A stretch of 61,705 nucleotides of DNA from Candidatus Sericytochromatia bacterium (lineage in GTDB: Bacteria; Cyanobacteriota; Sericytochromatia; S15B-MN24; JAQBPE01), in contig JBBAPZ010000020.1 in the NCBI GenBank assembly GCA_040400605.1, forward strand, positions 1-61,705, written 5' to 3'. Every line of letters starts with the position of its first letter. Within the stretch, counting starts at the first letter, position 1. The notes below the pieces were generated by a model. That model had not been told where the DNA came from and did no database searches. It worked only from the letters and a program-made list of their open reading frames with translations. The position numbers and the translations under genes are program-made. Of this stretch, positions 8,609 to 18,008 are shown in pieces.

Positions 8609-11440
8609 GTGGCGGAGGAATTTGACCTTTTAACAGCGGTACAGCCTGCAGAGGGTTGGTACGCTATCGTCGGGCTTAGTCCCGACAGCAAACAGCAGGA
8701 GTTAGTAGAGAGCCGCGAGGAAGCGGACGAGTGGGTAAAGACCTTCCTCAAGTATGGTAAGAACGTATTTTTTGGTGTAGCTAAATATACAGACGGTAAG
8801 TCGCGCACCAAGCAAAACGTGAAGGCGCTTAAGTCGCTTTGGCTTGATATAGACTGCGGACCAGAGAAAGATTACGACACACAGAACGAAGGCTTCGAGG
8901 CTCTTCGTGGCTTCTGTAAGACCGTAGGTATGCCCAAGCCCATCGTGGTTAATTCGGGACGCGGTCTGCACGTATACTGGCCGCTAACCGAAGAAGTTAC
9001 ACGCGAAGAATGGGAGCCAGTATGCGCACGGTTGAAGGACGTCTGCGCCACCAAAGGGCTGCGCGTAGATAATAGCTGCTTCGAGGCAGCGCGCATCCTG
9101 CGTGTTCCGGGCACCTTCAACTTTAAGGGCGATGACCCGCTGCGCGTAGAGGTTCTGACGGTCGGCAAGCCGACACCGATGGCCGAGATACGCGACATAC
9201 TTGGCGTTAAAGAGACTAAACCGTCGCCCCTAGGCGACCTGCCGGTGTTCGCACCTAGCCCGTTAGCGAAAGTTATACAGGCTAGCATGGAGTCCAGCTT
9301 CACCAAGATTATGAACCGTGGGGCCAAGGGCTGCGCACAGCTTAACGCCAGTTATGCAGACCGTGAACATCTATCTGAACCCCGTTGGTTCGCTGCGTTG
9401 TCCATCGCAAAGTTCTGTAAGGACCGTAACAAGGCGATACACAAGCTATCTGCAGACCACCCGGACTATGACCCCGACAAGGTCGAGCAGAAGATTGGGC
9501 ACATCCTTGGGCCGCACACTTGCATGGAGTTCGAGAAGCACAATCCCGGTGGATGTGCAGGGTGTCCGCACGCTGGCAAGATACGCTCACCTATTACGTT
9601 AGGCAAAGAACTGAAGGAGGCAACTCCAGAGGATAACGTAGTTATAGAAGAGACGACGCTGGGTGCGATAAAGTTCCATATCCCAGAGTTTCCCTTCCCC
9701 TACGTACGGGGCAAGCACGGTGGTGTATGGCGCAAGGTCACGCCCAAGGACGAGGAAGAAGGCGTCGAGGACGTTGTGCTGGTCTACCCGTACGACATCT
9801 ATGTAGCTAAGCGCATGGACGACCCAGTTGAAGGTGGCGTGGCCCTTATCCGGCTGCACACACCGCAGGATGGCGTCAAAGAGTTTACGGTGCACAACTC
9901 CAAGATGGCGGATGGCACCGAGCTGAAGAAGCTTCTCGCCTCTAAGCACGTGATGCTTAGCTCGAAGACCGACTATGCGTATCTAGTCGATTATATAATT
10001 AAATCAGTGGCACAATATTTTCATAATGCAAAGGTAGAGCAAATGCGTAATCAATTTGGATGGGTCGATAACGACAGCAAGTTTATCATAGGCGACCGCG
10101 AGATAAGCGCGGAAGGGACGTACCATAGCCCCCCGTCTTCAGTAACCAAGGTGGTAGCGGAGCACATGACAGCCAAGGGCACACTCGAGAAGTGGCGCGA
10201 AGTGTTCGACCTGTACGGACGTCCGGGCCTTGAGGGGCATGCGTTCGCAGCAGCCACCGCCTTCGGTGCGCCTCTCTTGCGCTTCTCCGGTCAGCGCGGG
10301 GCAATTATCAACGTGGTGCACCCCAAGTCGGGCACAGGTAAGACTACGTCCCTGCTTATGGCTAACAGCGTATATGGTGACCCTGTGGCGCTCTGCGCGA
10401 AGAAGGACGACACGTTCAACTCGAAGGTGTTCAAGATTGGGGTCTTCTGTAACCTGCATATTAGCTTCGACGAAATGTCGAACACAGAGCCCAAGCAGCT
10501 AAGTGAACTCGCCTACTTGATTACACAGGGTACGGGCAAGGACCGCATGAAGGCGTCTTCCAACGAGCTTCGGGCAAACCTGACGTCGTGGCAGACTATC
10601 GCGTTGTGCTCGTCTAACCACTCGTTCTACGAGAAGCTGGAAATCAATAAGGGGTCACCTGACGGTGAGACCATGCGCATCATCGAGTACGGCATCGACT
10701 ATTCTGACGCGATTGACATCGAGTATGGCAAGAAGATGTTCGACCACCAGCTGCTTGAGAACTACGGGCATGCTGGCGATATCTACGCACGGTACCTGAT
10801 TACGCACTATGACGAGGTTAAGGCGCTCTATGCTACGGTCCAACAGCGCATCGACACCAAGCTTAAGCTAACGCAGCGGGAGCGTTTCTGGTCGGCAACA
10901 GCGGCAGCGAATATCACAGGCATCTATATCGCCCTGCACCTCGGACTGTGTAACTGGGACATCGCTGCAATCTTTAAGTGGACCTGCAAGATGCTGCTCA
11001 ACCTGCGCAACACTATGACGCCGCCACCAGAAGGCGACCAGCAGATACTAGGTGAGTTTTTGAATAACCGCCTGTCTAACATTCTGGTGGTTAATGATGG
11101 GGTAGACCGGCGCAGCAAGATGGCGGAAGCACCGCTAGTAGAGCCGATGCGTGAGCTTATGGTGCGCTACGAGCCTGATACGAACAAGGTATATATCACG
11201 GCCAGCTCGTTCCGTGAGTTCTGTGCATCGCGTAACATCGGTTATCGTTCGACCATCAACGCTATGAAGGCCAAGGGGCTGTATCTGAACGCAGAGAACA
11301 AGCGCATGACCAAAGGCATGCGGGTTAACTCGCTACCGGTGCAAGCACTCTTGTTTGATGCAATGCACCCAGAGTTCACGGACATTGAGAGCATCACTGC
11401 TGCAGCTGCAGCTGTGGCGAGTTCGTCCGAAGCAGAATGA
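8609..11440 (+). CDS. Primase-helicase (N-terminal AEP/RepB-like primase, C-terminal DUF927-type helicase)
   Basis: WLDID, NSGRGLHVYW, RILRVPGTFN; CAGCPH; Walker A SGTGKTT and Walker B ISFDE. Confidence 0.85.
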   Translation: MAEEFDLLTAVQPAEGWYAIVGLSPDSKQQELVESREEADEWVKTFLKYGKNVFFGVAKYTDGKSRTKQNVKALKSLWLDIDCGPEKDYDTQNEGFEALRGFCKTVGMPKPIVVNSGRGLHVYWPLTEEVTREEWEPVCARLKDVCATKGLRVDNSCFEAARILRVPGTFNFKGDDPLRVEVLTVGKPTPMAEIRDILGVKETKPSPLGDLPVFAPSPLAKVIQASMESSFTKIMNRGAKGCAQLNASYADREHLSEPRWFAALSIAKFCKDRNKAIHKLSADHPDYDPDKVEQKIGHILGPHTCMEFEKHNPGGCAGCPHAGKIRSPITLGKELKEATPEDNVVIEETTLGAIKFHIPEFPFPYVRGKHGGVWRKVTPKDEEEGVEDVVLVYPYDIYVAKRMDDPVEGGVALIRLHTPQDGVKEFTVHNSKMADGTELKKLLASKHVMLSSKTDYAYLVDYIIKSVAQYFHNAKVEQMRNQFGWVDNDSKFIIGDREISAEGTYHSPPSSVTKVVAEHMTAKGTLEKWREVFDLYGRPGLEGHAFAAATAFGAPLLRFSGQRGAIINVVHPKSGTGKTTSLLMANSVYGDPVALCAKKDDTFNSKVFKIGVFCNLHISFDEMSNTEPKQLSELAYLITQGTGKDRMKASSNELRANLTSWQTIALCSSNHSFYEKLEINKGSPDGETMRIIEYGIDYSDAIDIEYGKKMFDHQLLENYGHAGDIYARYLITHYDEVKALYATVQQRIDTKLKLTQRERFWSATAAANITGIYIALHLGLCNWDIAAIFKWTCKMLLNLRNTMTPPPEGDQQILGEFLNNRLSNILVVNDGVDRRSKMAEAPLVEPMRELMVRYEPDTNKVYITASSFREFCASRNIGYRSTINAMKAKGLYLNAENKRMTKGMRVNSLPVQALLFDAMHPEFTDIESITAAAAAVASSSEAE

Positions 11441-11637
11441 AGGTAGCTGGGGTCAGCTACGATATAAACTGGCGCGCCTTTACCAAGGGCGCGTCACTCT
11501 TTTTCCCGTGCCTAGACCCCAAAGCCGCCAAGCGCGAGATACGCCCTGTGCTACGCAGACTAAAGCTAAAAGTAGTGTACAAGAGCGTAGTGGACACTAA
11601 ATCTGGTATTAGGGGTTTACGCATCTGGCGAATGTGA
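11437..11637 (+). CDS. Small basic hypothetical protein
   Basis: ATGA overlap with primase-helicase; ends GLRIWR. Confidence 0.7.
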   Translation: MKVAGVSYDINWRAFTKGASLFFPCLDPKAAKREIRPVLRRLKLKVVYKSVVDTKSGIRGLRIWRM

Positions 11638-11644
11638 CTATGTA
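11616..11644 (+). promoter_or_regulatory. Candidate promoter for the sRNA
   Basis: TTTACG (11616-21), 17 bp, TATGTA (11639-44); predicted start near 11650. Confidence 0.4.
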
Positions 11645-11649
11645 TGGCA

Positions 11650-11717
11650 CTGGAAGATGCTCCTTCCGTTTGGTTGATACTACCCCCGCTGGCGCTCCTC
11701 CCCAGCGGGGGTTTTTT
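11650..11717 (+). ncRNA. Candidate anti-Shine-Dalgarno small RNA
   Basis: Hairpin GGAAG-ATGCTC-CTTCC, then TTTGGTTG, then terminator with loop CGCTCCTCC; reverse complement matches leaders of many + strand genes. Confidence 0.6.
11682..11717 (+). terminator. Intrinsic terminator ending the replication arm
   Basis: ACCCCCGCTGG/CCAGCGGGGGT 11-bp stem followed by T-run. Confidence 0.85.
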
Positions 11718-14700
11718 ATTCTTCTACCTTCGTGCGAGTTTCGTATGGGAAGAACAGTTCTTCCTCACCGTCGTTATACTCGATACCGCGATACGATTTT
11801 TCTTCCCGCGTTTCGGCACTCTGCAGCGACTTCTCTAGGTCTTTGCCCTCTATGAGATACTTGCTTATCTTATTGCCTTCGCGGTTCAACGGCACCTTGG
11901 CATTGAACCTGCGCATCTTCTCAAACACAGCTTCCAACTCTTCCGGTGTGGCGTTCTCGTCGCCGTACACGTCACGGAACTCTTGGAACAGCTTGCCGCG
12001 CTCTTCAGTCATGCTGCGCTGCCACTTAGTTGTGGTCCGGTTAATCTCACGTACGCGTGATAGTTCCGAAGGAGTGAAGCCCCCAACCTGTCCAATCAAC
12101 TCCATAGTGGTAAATTCTTCGGAGCCGCGCACCACTTTGCCCGTCTTGGTAGTGTCGCCTTCACGGGCCTGCCGCTCTGCGGTAAAGGCACCGCGCACAG
12201 CTGCGGGGACAATCTTCGAAAAGCCCTTTGACCATTCACCACGCATGAAGTCGTCAATGCCGTCAATCATGTTGGCACTCTGCGATACCTGCGGTGAGAG
12301 GTTAGCAACCAAGAAGTTCACTATGTCTTCACGTAGTGTCTCACCTTCACGGCCTTCACGTATCCATAGGTTACTCTGGGATAAGCGCGTAGTCCAGTCC
12401 CACCCGGTGACTTCCGAGAGTACACCCTTCTGCATGAGCCTAGTAACCGTGGAGTCTGCGCCAAAGTTCTCAGGTAACCACTCGAACCGGAAGCGGTAAT
12501 CTGCATCATCTGCACCAAGTGGGTCTTTCTCGCGCCACTCTTCCATTTCCTCTTCGCCCAGCAAGGCTGGCATCATTATGTCGAGCACACTGGTTATGAA
12601 AGAGTAACCGAAGTTAGCGGACAAACCTGCTGCCGCAGATGTAAAGGTAAGCACCATGGACAACTCGTTGAACGCCTGTATCCGTGTCTGCTTCGGGCTA
12701 CCCTTGGTTAGCGCTCCCATCATACGTAAATAGTACGCAGTGCGCTGCACAGAGTAGGTGCGCAGGAAGCCAATCATGCGCCGCAATGGACCACCACGGA
12801 AGATGTCGAGCTTCTCCAGCTCTGTGTAGTTACCGATAGTCTCGTTGGTGTTCTCTACTGCCGCTTCCACTGCACCCGCTATGGCGTCTTCGTGCGACTT
12901 ACCTGCCTTAACCAGCCGGTTATACTCAAGCTCTGCAAACGACATGCCAGACACTTCGCGTGTAAGCTGGTCAGCCGAACTGAATATAGCACCAGACGCG
13001 TCTACGACGCTCTCATAACCACCCTTCAGCTTGCTGACCGCTGTATCCCGCGTTGTGTTTTTAGTTGGCCTGTCACGCAACAGCATGTCTGTCTGCTTCT
13101 GAGAGAACAAGTCGCGCTTGAAGTTAAGCTCGTTCCACAGCCGAGCACGTAGTGGGCTGCTCTTAATGAACTTTGTGTTGCCGATGGTGGGTGCAACAAG
13201 CACACGCTCGCCAGTAACTGGGTCTACATCCACAACTGCTTCTACCAAGCTGAACAACGGGGTGTATTTACTCACTGCAGCGAGAGTGGAGCCGAACCCG
13301 TAACGCGCAAACATACGGGGCATAACCTGCATAGGCAGTGTTAGCGGCTGCACCGCAGCGGACGCGATGGACGTCATAAGTGACAGGAACGTGAAGCTGC
13401 TTATGAGCTGCTCTTTCCACCCATAAGCCTCGGCATCCATAGCACCACGGACACGCTGCACGTAGACATCTAGCAAAGTGCGCAGCTTGGCGCGCTCTGA
13501 AGGGTCGCCGCCCTTGATGGTATCGTATGCAGACTCGATTTTCTTCTGGATGGCTCCGCCATACACAACCTTTGGCAGCTGTGATGAGTACTGAGCTACT
13601 GACGTACGGAACACGTTAAGAGCATCCGCAGAGTGACCCGGTACCAACTTGGCATGGATAAGCTGCTTTTGTAGGCTGCGCTCGGGTAGCGTCAACAAGT
13701 ACGTCTGGTACAGCTTGTTCTTCAAGCTCTCCTTCATCGCGGTAGTAGTACCCGTGGCTTCGCCTTCGGCAGTCGTCTGCTTATCTATGACGTCGAACAT
13801 GCGCTTGAGCATGAAGCCTTCGTTGTTAGCTTCGTCGTCCCGGAGGTTTTGCAGGCCATCTAGCTGGTCAAACGTATCGTCGTACTTCTCAGTGCCGCGC
13901 TGCAGTCCCAGCTTATTAGCTACACGTGCTTGGAACTCGTTACGCTCCTTGGCAGTGTCGAAGTGGTAGCGCTCGCGCTCACTGCGCTTGCCTTCTTTTA
14001 CCACTAACACGTAGTTACCGAAGCGACGGAACGGGAAGTATTCTTTGGGGAACAACTTCTGAGGCACACCGGGGTTATCGTCCTCGGAGTCCGTAACAGC
14101 ATCTTCGTCTACTTCGCCACGTGCTTCACGTATAAGGCGGTCGGTGGACTCTTTGTCTAACCCAAGGTTACGAATATCTTGGTCCTGCGCAGCGCGCAGT
14201 GCGATGTACATGTCTTTGTAGAACTGACGTACTTTCTTGTACATCTCGCGTCCGCCAGCCTGCTTACCCAGCGCATCCCATGCGTCCCAAGCGGTGTTTA
14301 TTGCCTTCTCGCGTTTGCGCTCGCCCTTGACGTTCTTACGTGCCCTTTCGAACTTTAGCACAGGGTCGTTAGCTAGTGCTTCTGCACGGGTAGCATATGC
14401 GGTTACGTCCACGCGGTTCACACGGGCAATAGTCATCATGCTCGATATAGCACCCTGACCGTATTTGTTTACGAACGTTTCAAACTCACGGACACGACGT
14501 GAGAGCGCAGTGCGCATCGACGTGCGCATACCACGCATCGCCTGCTCTAGCCGGTCTATGTCGCCAACTATGGAGCCCACACTCGCACGTAGCTTAGTTA
14601 TGTTCTCACGTATCCACGAGGTAGGCTTAATTGCCGCAAGCACGGGCCTAGCGCCTGTCTGGAACGCTTCGGTATTTGCACGCAGTTTCTCTTTGCCAGT

Positions 14701-17700
14701 AAGTTTCGCACCTGCAACAGCTTCGTCGATGCCGTCGGTTAGGCCAGTAGCAGTGTTGGACATCTGGGCCTTGTACAGACCACGGTCCATCTTCTCTTCA
14801 GCTAGGCTTGTTGACTTCGCCTTTGCACCTGCAATAGCTTTGTAGTCAGCCTCGGTGGCTTCAAACAGCGGATTTACGATTTCAATAAGCCGGTTAAGGG
14901 CAGATGTGTCACCATCGGGTATGTCTAGCAATGCTTTAAACATGGCTATAAACCGCGTGAACAGCGAAGCCTTCGGTCCGACTTTAACACTGCGCAGATA
15001 CTCTTGCGCCTTAGCGTTGGTCATACCCCATGCTAAAAACTCGTCGAGGTTGGCGAAGACGTTGCTGTCCCGAGTGTACCACGAATTTTCTAACTCTGTA
15101 AGTTCGGCACCAGATTTAACCCGTTGATTGAAGTGCGCTACAACCTCGTTCCGCAGCTCGTTCAAGTCGCCAACAAACTTCGATATTTTTGGCGTGTTAC
15201 GGCCCAGCCTTTGTGCCACTACGAACGACGAAGAGACAGCATGCAGTGCTTCATGCAAAACAACCTCTGAGGTATTCCCCGCACGGTTTTCACCCAGCTG
15301 CGGAGAACGTAGATATACGTCTACTGTCTTTTTGCCGATATTAGTATCAACTGCGCCGTAGGCGCTACCACGAGCTACGCTATTAGGTGCGCGGTCGCCC
15401 TTCTGGATAATATGCAGCTTTACATCTACCCCGGCAGCTTCAACTTCAGGCAGCAGGTTTGCGATACGCCCGGCTAGGTACGTATCATACTCACTAAACT
15501 TATTGTCTGCGTCCCTAAATATTTCTTCCAAGAGGTCGGAAAGGGTGCTTCCACGGTATTTGTCGATGTCCATAGTGGCACCGCCCATGAGACCACCGGG
15601 TTCAACACGAGATATATTTAGCTCACCAAGCTGGATACGGCGCTCACGCTCGGTTATCTTACCGGCCTTAAAGTCTTCTTCGACCTTCTGACGACCTGCT
15701 ACGCGTGAAGCACGTGTATTGTCGAGTTTGGCACGTGCACTGTTTACAATGTCCGTCTGCGCCGCGTTGAGGTTGTTCTTCAGCTCTGTCAGGAGTGCCT
15801 GTGCAGCGGGCCTAGCCCGGTCCCTAGTAGGCAGGTCATATACAATCCGCTGCTGAAGTTCGACTTTGTCGCTTAGGTCCAACACCTTGCGCCACTGTGG
15901 GCGTATATCTTCTGGCTTTTCCCGTAGCTGCAAACGGCTTTCTGGTGCACGTATATAGTCGAGCACTTCGCGCATCTCAGCGTCGGTAATTTCTTGTGTG
16001 TCACGTGCAGCTTCAAGGTCGGTGGTTAGCGCCTGCTGCGCCTGCATACCTTCAGTTAGTTCGGCAGCGCCTTCTACTGGCCTACCTTGCTTGTTACCTT
16101 GTACACCGCGCTGTACTGGCTTCACACCACGCGCTACGCCCGGTGCTACCTTGGTTACTGGTGGCAACTGCTCTTCGGCTACCGCCTCTTGTACAGCTTC
16201 CTGTACAGGTTCAGCCTGCGCAAACTGCGCCTCTTCGAAAGCAGGGGTAGGAACATCGACAGGGGCAGCAGCTACTTCGGGAGCAGCGACAGGGGTGGGA
16301 ACATCGACGGGGGTAGGAGCTACTTCGGGAGCAGCGACGACATTCTCTACACTTGGCGCGACCGGTTCGGGTGCTGGTGCAGCTTCAGAGATTGGTGGGG
16401 TATAAGTGAAGCGTTCGACAGCTGCACGGATACGCTCAATGGTGGCGTCGGGTTTGTCCTTTTTGCTGACATCAAGCCCTAGACCACGCGCAATCGCGTT
16501 TATCCTCGGTGTGTTGAAAGGCACACCACCGTTATCGACTGCAGAGACAAGGTCAATAGCAGACTGCTCAATAGGAGATAACTTAGGCTTTACGGTAGGC
16601 GCAGGTTCTACAACAGGTGCAGGCTCTACCGCAGGTGCGGCGTCCACAGTAGGCGCAGGTTCTACAGCGGGTGCGGGTTCTACAATAGGCGCAGTGGCAA
16701 TGGGTGCAGGCTCTACAACAGGTGCAGCGGCGTCCACAGTAGCTGCTTGAATTGCTTCTTCTACAGGCGCGGTTTCTGCTTCGACTTCTTCAGCTACACC
16801 TGCCTCACGAGCCTGCTGTGCACGCTCTGCCTTCTTGCGTTCCGCCACTGCGTTTATAGCGAAGCGCTTAGCGTCTTCTTCTGGTATACCGCTGTTCACA
16901 TTAAAGTTATTGAACAACGTATCAAACTCGGCCCGGTCCTCGGGCGTCGTGATAACCTCGTTAGCGATGGCATCTAGTTCTTCAGTCGAAAACCTACTTA
17001 GCGGTGCAGGTTCTATTTCTGCTGGGGGCAGTGTTGTGTCAGGACGCCTGCTCTCTAGACCGCCACTAACTGCACCGAAGCCACCACCTAGAAGCGCAGC
17101 GCCTATGGCAGCTTGCTTGTACTCGCCAAAGGCTTCGTCGTCGGACAGAGACAAGCCAGCCTGCCACCGCTCCAGACCTGTCTGTGCTATTTCCTGCGGT
17201 ACTTCGAAGGCAACGCCTTTACCTACGCCCTTGGCTACGCCCTTAGAGAAACTAATCGTGCCCTTCTCAAAGGCATCGGCCATAACATCGCTGGCCTTCT
17301 TCGCCGCTTCTCCACCTGCGTCACCCAGTAGAGGCTTCGCAAACGGAAATGCCTTGGCGATACCGCCAAACACCCGGCCACCAACAAGTTCTAATCCGGT
17401 CTGACCTGCAGCGGCAGTGAGTGCCTTAGTTACAGAAGTTTCCCCCGGCTTCTTGCCCTCGGCAATAGCGCGCTCTTGTTCTTGAGCCTGACGGAGCAGG
17501 TTCTGTGTGGTGTATTGTGCACCTGAAGTAGCAGTTGCTGCAGCAAGACCCGCAAAGGGGGTACCAACAAAACTAACACCGATACCAGCAGCAAGTGGTG
17601 CCAACGCATCACCTATAGAGCCACCCAGAGCCTGCTTAAACGCTACCCAGTCGGCACCTTCACCGAACTCAACACCACGATATTTGGAGTTGCCCGCAGC

Positions 17701-17991
17701 TAGAAAAGCACGTCGTGTCTTCTCACTAGGGTTTGCGGCGAACGCAGCGGCTTCATCGCCCAGACCTAACGTCTGCGCACGGTCAAAAATCGTGCTCCAG
17801 AAGCCGCCTTCTTGGTCTACGTCGCTCCAACTGTTGGGGTCGGCAGGGTCTTTACCTACAAAACGAAAACCATCTTCCACCGCCCCCTTCTTAGGGGGTA
17901 GTCGTTTCCAGTTGTTTGGGTCAGCAGGGTTACCGCCCGCAAACCGAAACCCGTTGTCTACAGTGCCGACTTTCGGGGTAGGTGGTGGCAT
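11716..17991 (-). CDS. Very large internal virion/DNA-ejection (polyvalent-type) protein with zincin metallopeptidase motif
   Basis: 2091 aa, last late gene; VLHEALH plus downstream EFLA; Pro/Ala-rich VEPAP repeats; duplicated N-terminal GFRF..PADPN.W motif. Confidence 0.7.
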   Translation of the reverse strand: MPPPTPKVGTVDNGFRFAGGNPADPNNWKRLPPKKGAVEDGFRFVGKDPADPNSWSDVDQEGGFWSTIFDRAQTLGLGDEAAAFAANPSEKTRRAFLAAGNSKYRGVEFGEGADWVAFKQALGGSIGDALAPLAAGIGVSFVGTPFAGLAAATATSGAQYTTQNLLRQAQEQERAIAEGKKPGETSVTKALTAAAGQTGLELVGGRVFGGIAKAFPFAKPLLGDAGGEAAKKASDVMADAFEKGTISFSKGVAKGVGKGVAFEVPQEIAQTGLERWQAGLSLSDDEAFGEYKQAAIGAALLGGGFGAVSGGLESRRPDTTLPPAEIEPAPLSRFSTEELDAIANEVITTPEDRAEFDTLFNNFNVNSGIPEEDAKRFAINAVAERKKAERAQQAREAGVAEEVEAETAPVEEAIQAATVDAAAPVVEPAPIATAPIVEPAPAVEPAPTVDAAPAVEPAPVVEPAPTVKPKLSPIEQSAIDLVSAVDNGGVPFNTPRINAIARGLGLDVSKKDKPDATIERIRAAVERFTYTPPISEAAPAPEPVAPSVENVVAAPEVAPTPVDVPTPVAAPEVAAAPVDVPTPAFEEAQFAQAEPVQEAVQEAVAEEQLPPVTKVAPGVARGVKPVQRGVQGNKQGRPVEGAAELTEGMQAQQALTTDLEAARDTQEITDAEMREVLDYIRAPESRLQLREKPEDIRPQWRKVLDLSDKVELQQRIVYDLPTRDRARPAAQALLTELKNNLNAAQTDIVNSARAKLDNTRASRVAGRQKVEEDFKAGKITERERRIQLGELNISRVEPGGLMGGATMDIDKYRGSTLSDLLEEIFRDADNKFSEYDTYLAGRIANLLPEVEAAGVDVKLHIIQKGDRAPNSVARGSAYGAVDTNIGKKTVDVYLRSPQLGENRAGNTSEVVLHEALHAVSSSFVVAQRLGRNTPKISKFVGDLNELRNEVVAHFNQRVKSGAELTELENSWYTRDSNVFANLDEFLAWGMTNAKAQEYLRSVKVGPKASLFTRFIAMFKALLDIPDGDTSALNRLIEIVNPLFEATEADYKAIAGAKAKSTSLAEEKMDRGLYKAQMSNTATGLTDGIDEAVAGAKLTGKEKLRANTEAFQTGARPVLAAIKPTSWIRENITKLRASVGSIVGDIDRLEQAMRGMRTSMRTALSRRVREFETFVNKYGQGAISSMMTIARVNRVDVTAYATRAEALANDPVLKFERARKNVKGERKREKAINTAWDAWDALGKQAGGREMYKKVRQFYKDMYIALRAAQDQDIRNLGLDKESTDRLIREARGEVDEDAVTDSEDDNPGVPQKLFPKEYFPFRRFGNYVLVVKEGKRSERERYHFDTAKERNEFQARVANKLGLQRGTEKYDDTFDQLDGLQNLRDDEANNEGFMLKRMFDVIDKQTTAEGEATGTTTAMKESLKNKLYQTYLLTLPERSLQKQLIHAKLVPGHSADALNVFRTSVAQYSSQLPKVVYGGAIQKKIESAYDTIKGGDPSERAKLRTLLDVYVQRVRGAMDAEAYGWKEQLISSFTFLSLMTSIASAAVQPLTLPMQVMPRMFARYGFGSTLAAVSKYTPLFSLVEAVVDVDPVTGERVLVAPTIGNTKFIKSSPLRARLWNELNFKRDLFSQKQTDMLLRDRPTKNTTRDTAVSKLKGGYESVVDASGAIFSSADQLTREVSGMSFAELEYNRLVKAGKSHEDAIAGAVEAAVENTNETIGNYTELEKLDIFRGGPLRRMIGFLRTYSVQRTAYYLRMMGALTKGSPKQTRIQAFNELSMVLTFTSAAAGLSANFGYSFITSVLDIMMPALLGEEEMEEWREKDPLGADDADYRFRFEWLPENFGADSTVTRLMQKGVLSEVTGWDWTTRLSQSNLWIREGREGETLREDIVNFLVANLSPQVSQSANMIDGIDDFMRGEWSKGFSKIVPAAVRGAFTAERQAREGDTTKTGKVVRGSEEFTTMELIGQVGGFTPSELSRVREINRTTTKWQRSMTEERGKLFQEFRDVYGDENATPEELEAVFEKMRRFNAKVPLNREGNKISKYLIEGKDLEKSLQSAETREEKSYRGIEYNDGEEELFFPYETRTKVEE

Positions 17992-18008
17992 TATATATAA
18001 CCTCGAAG

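Noticed and set aside
11607..11681. Reading 11656-11681 as an ordinary RBS for a - strand gene
   Set aside because: The GTG that follows opens only 13 codons, antisense to the 11437 gene; the terminator U-tract favours a + strand RNA
11644..11838. 65-codon + strand ORF over the sRNA/terminator
   Set aside because: No RBS, runs through a strong terminator and overlaps the end of the 2091-aa gene antisense
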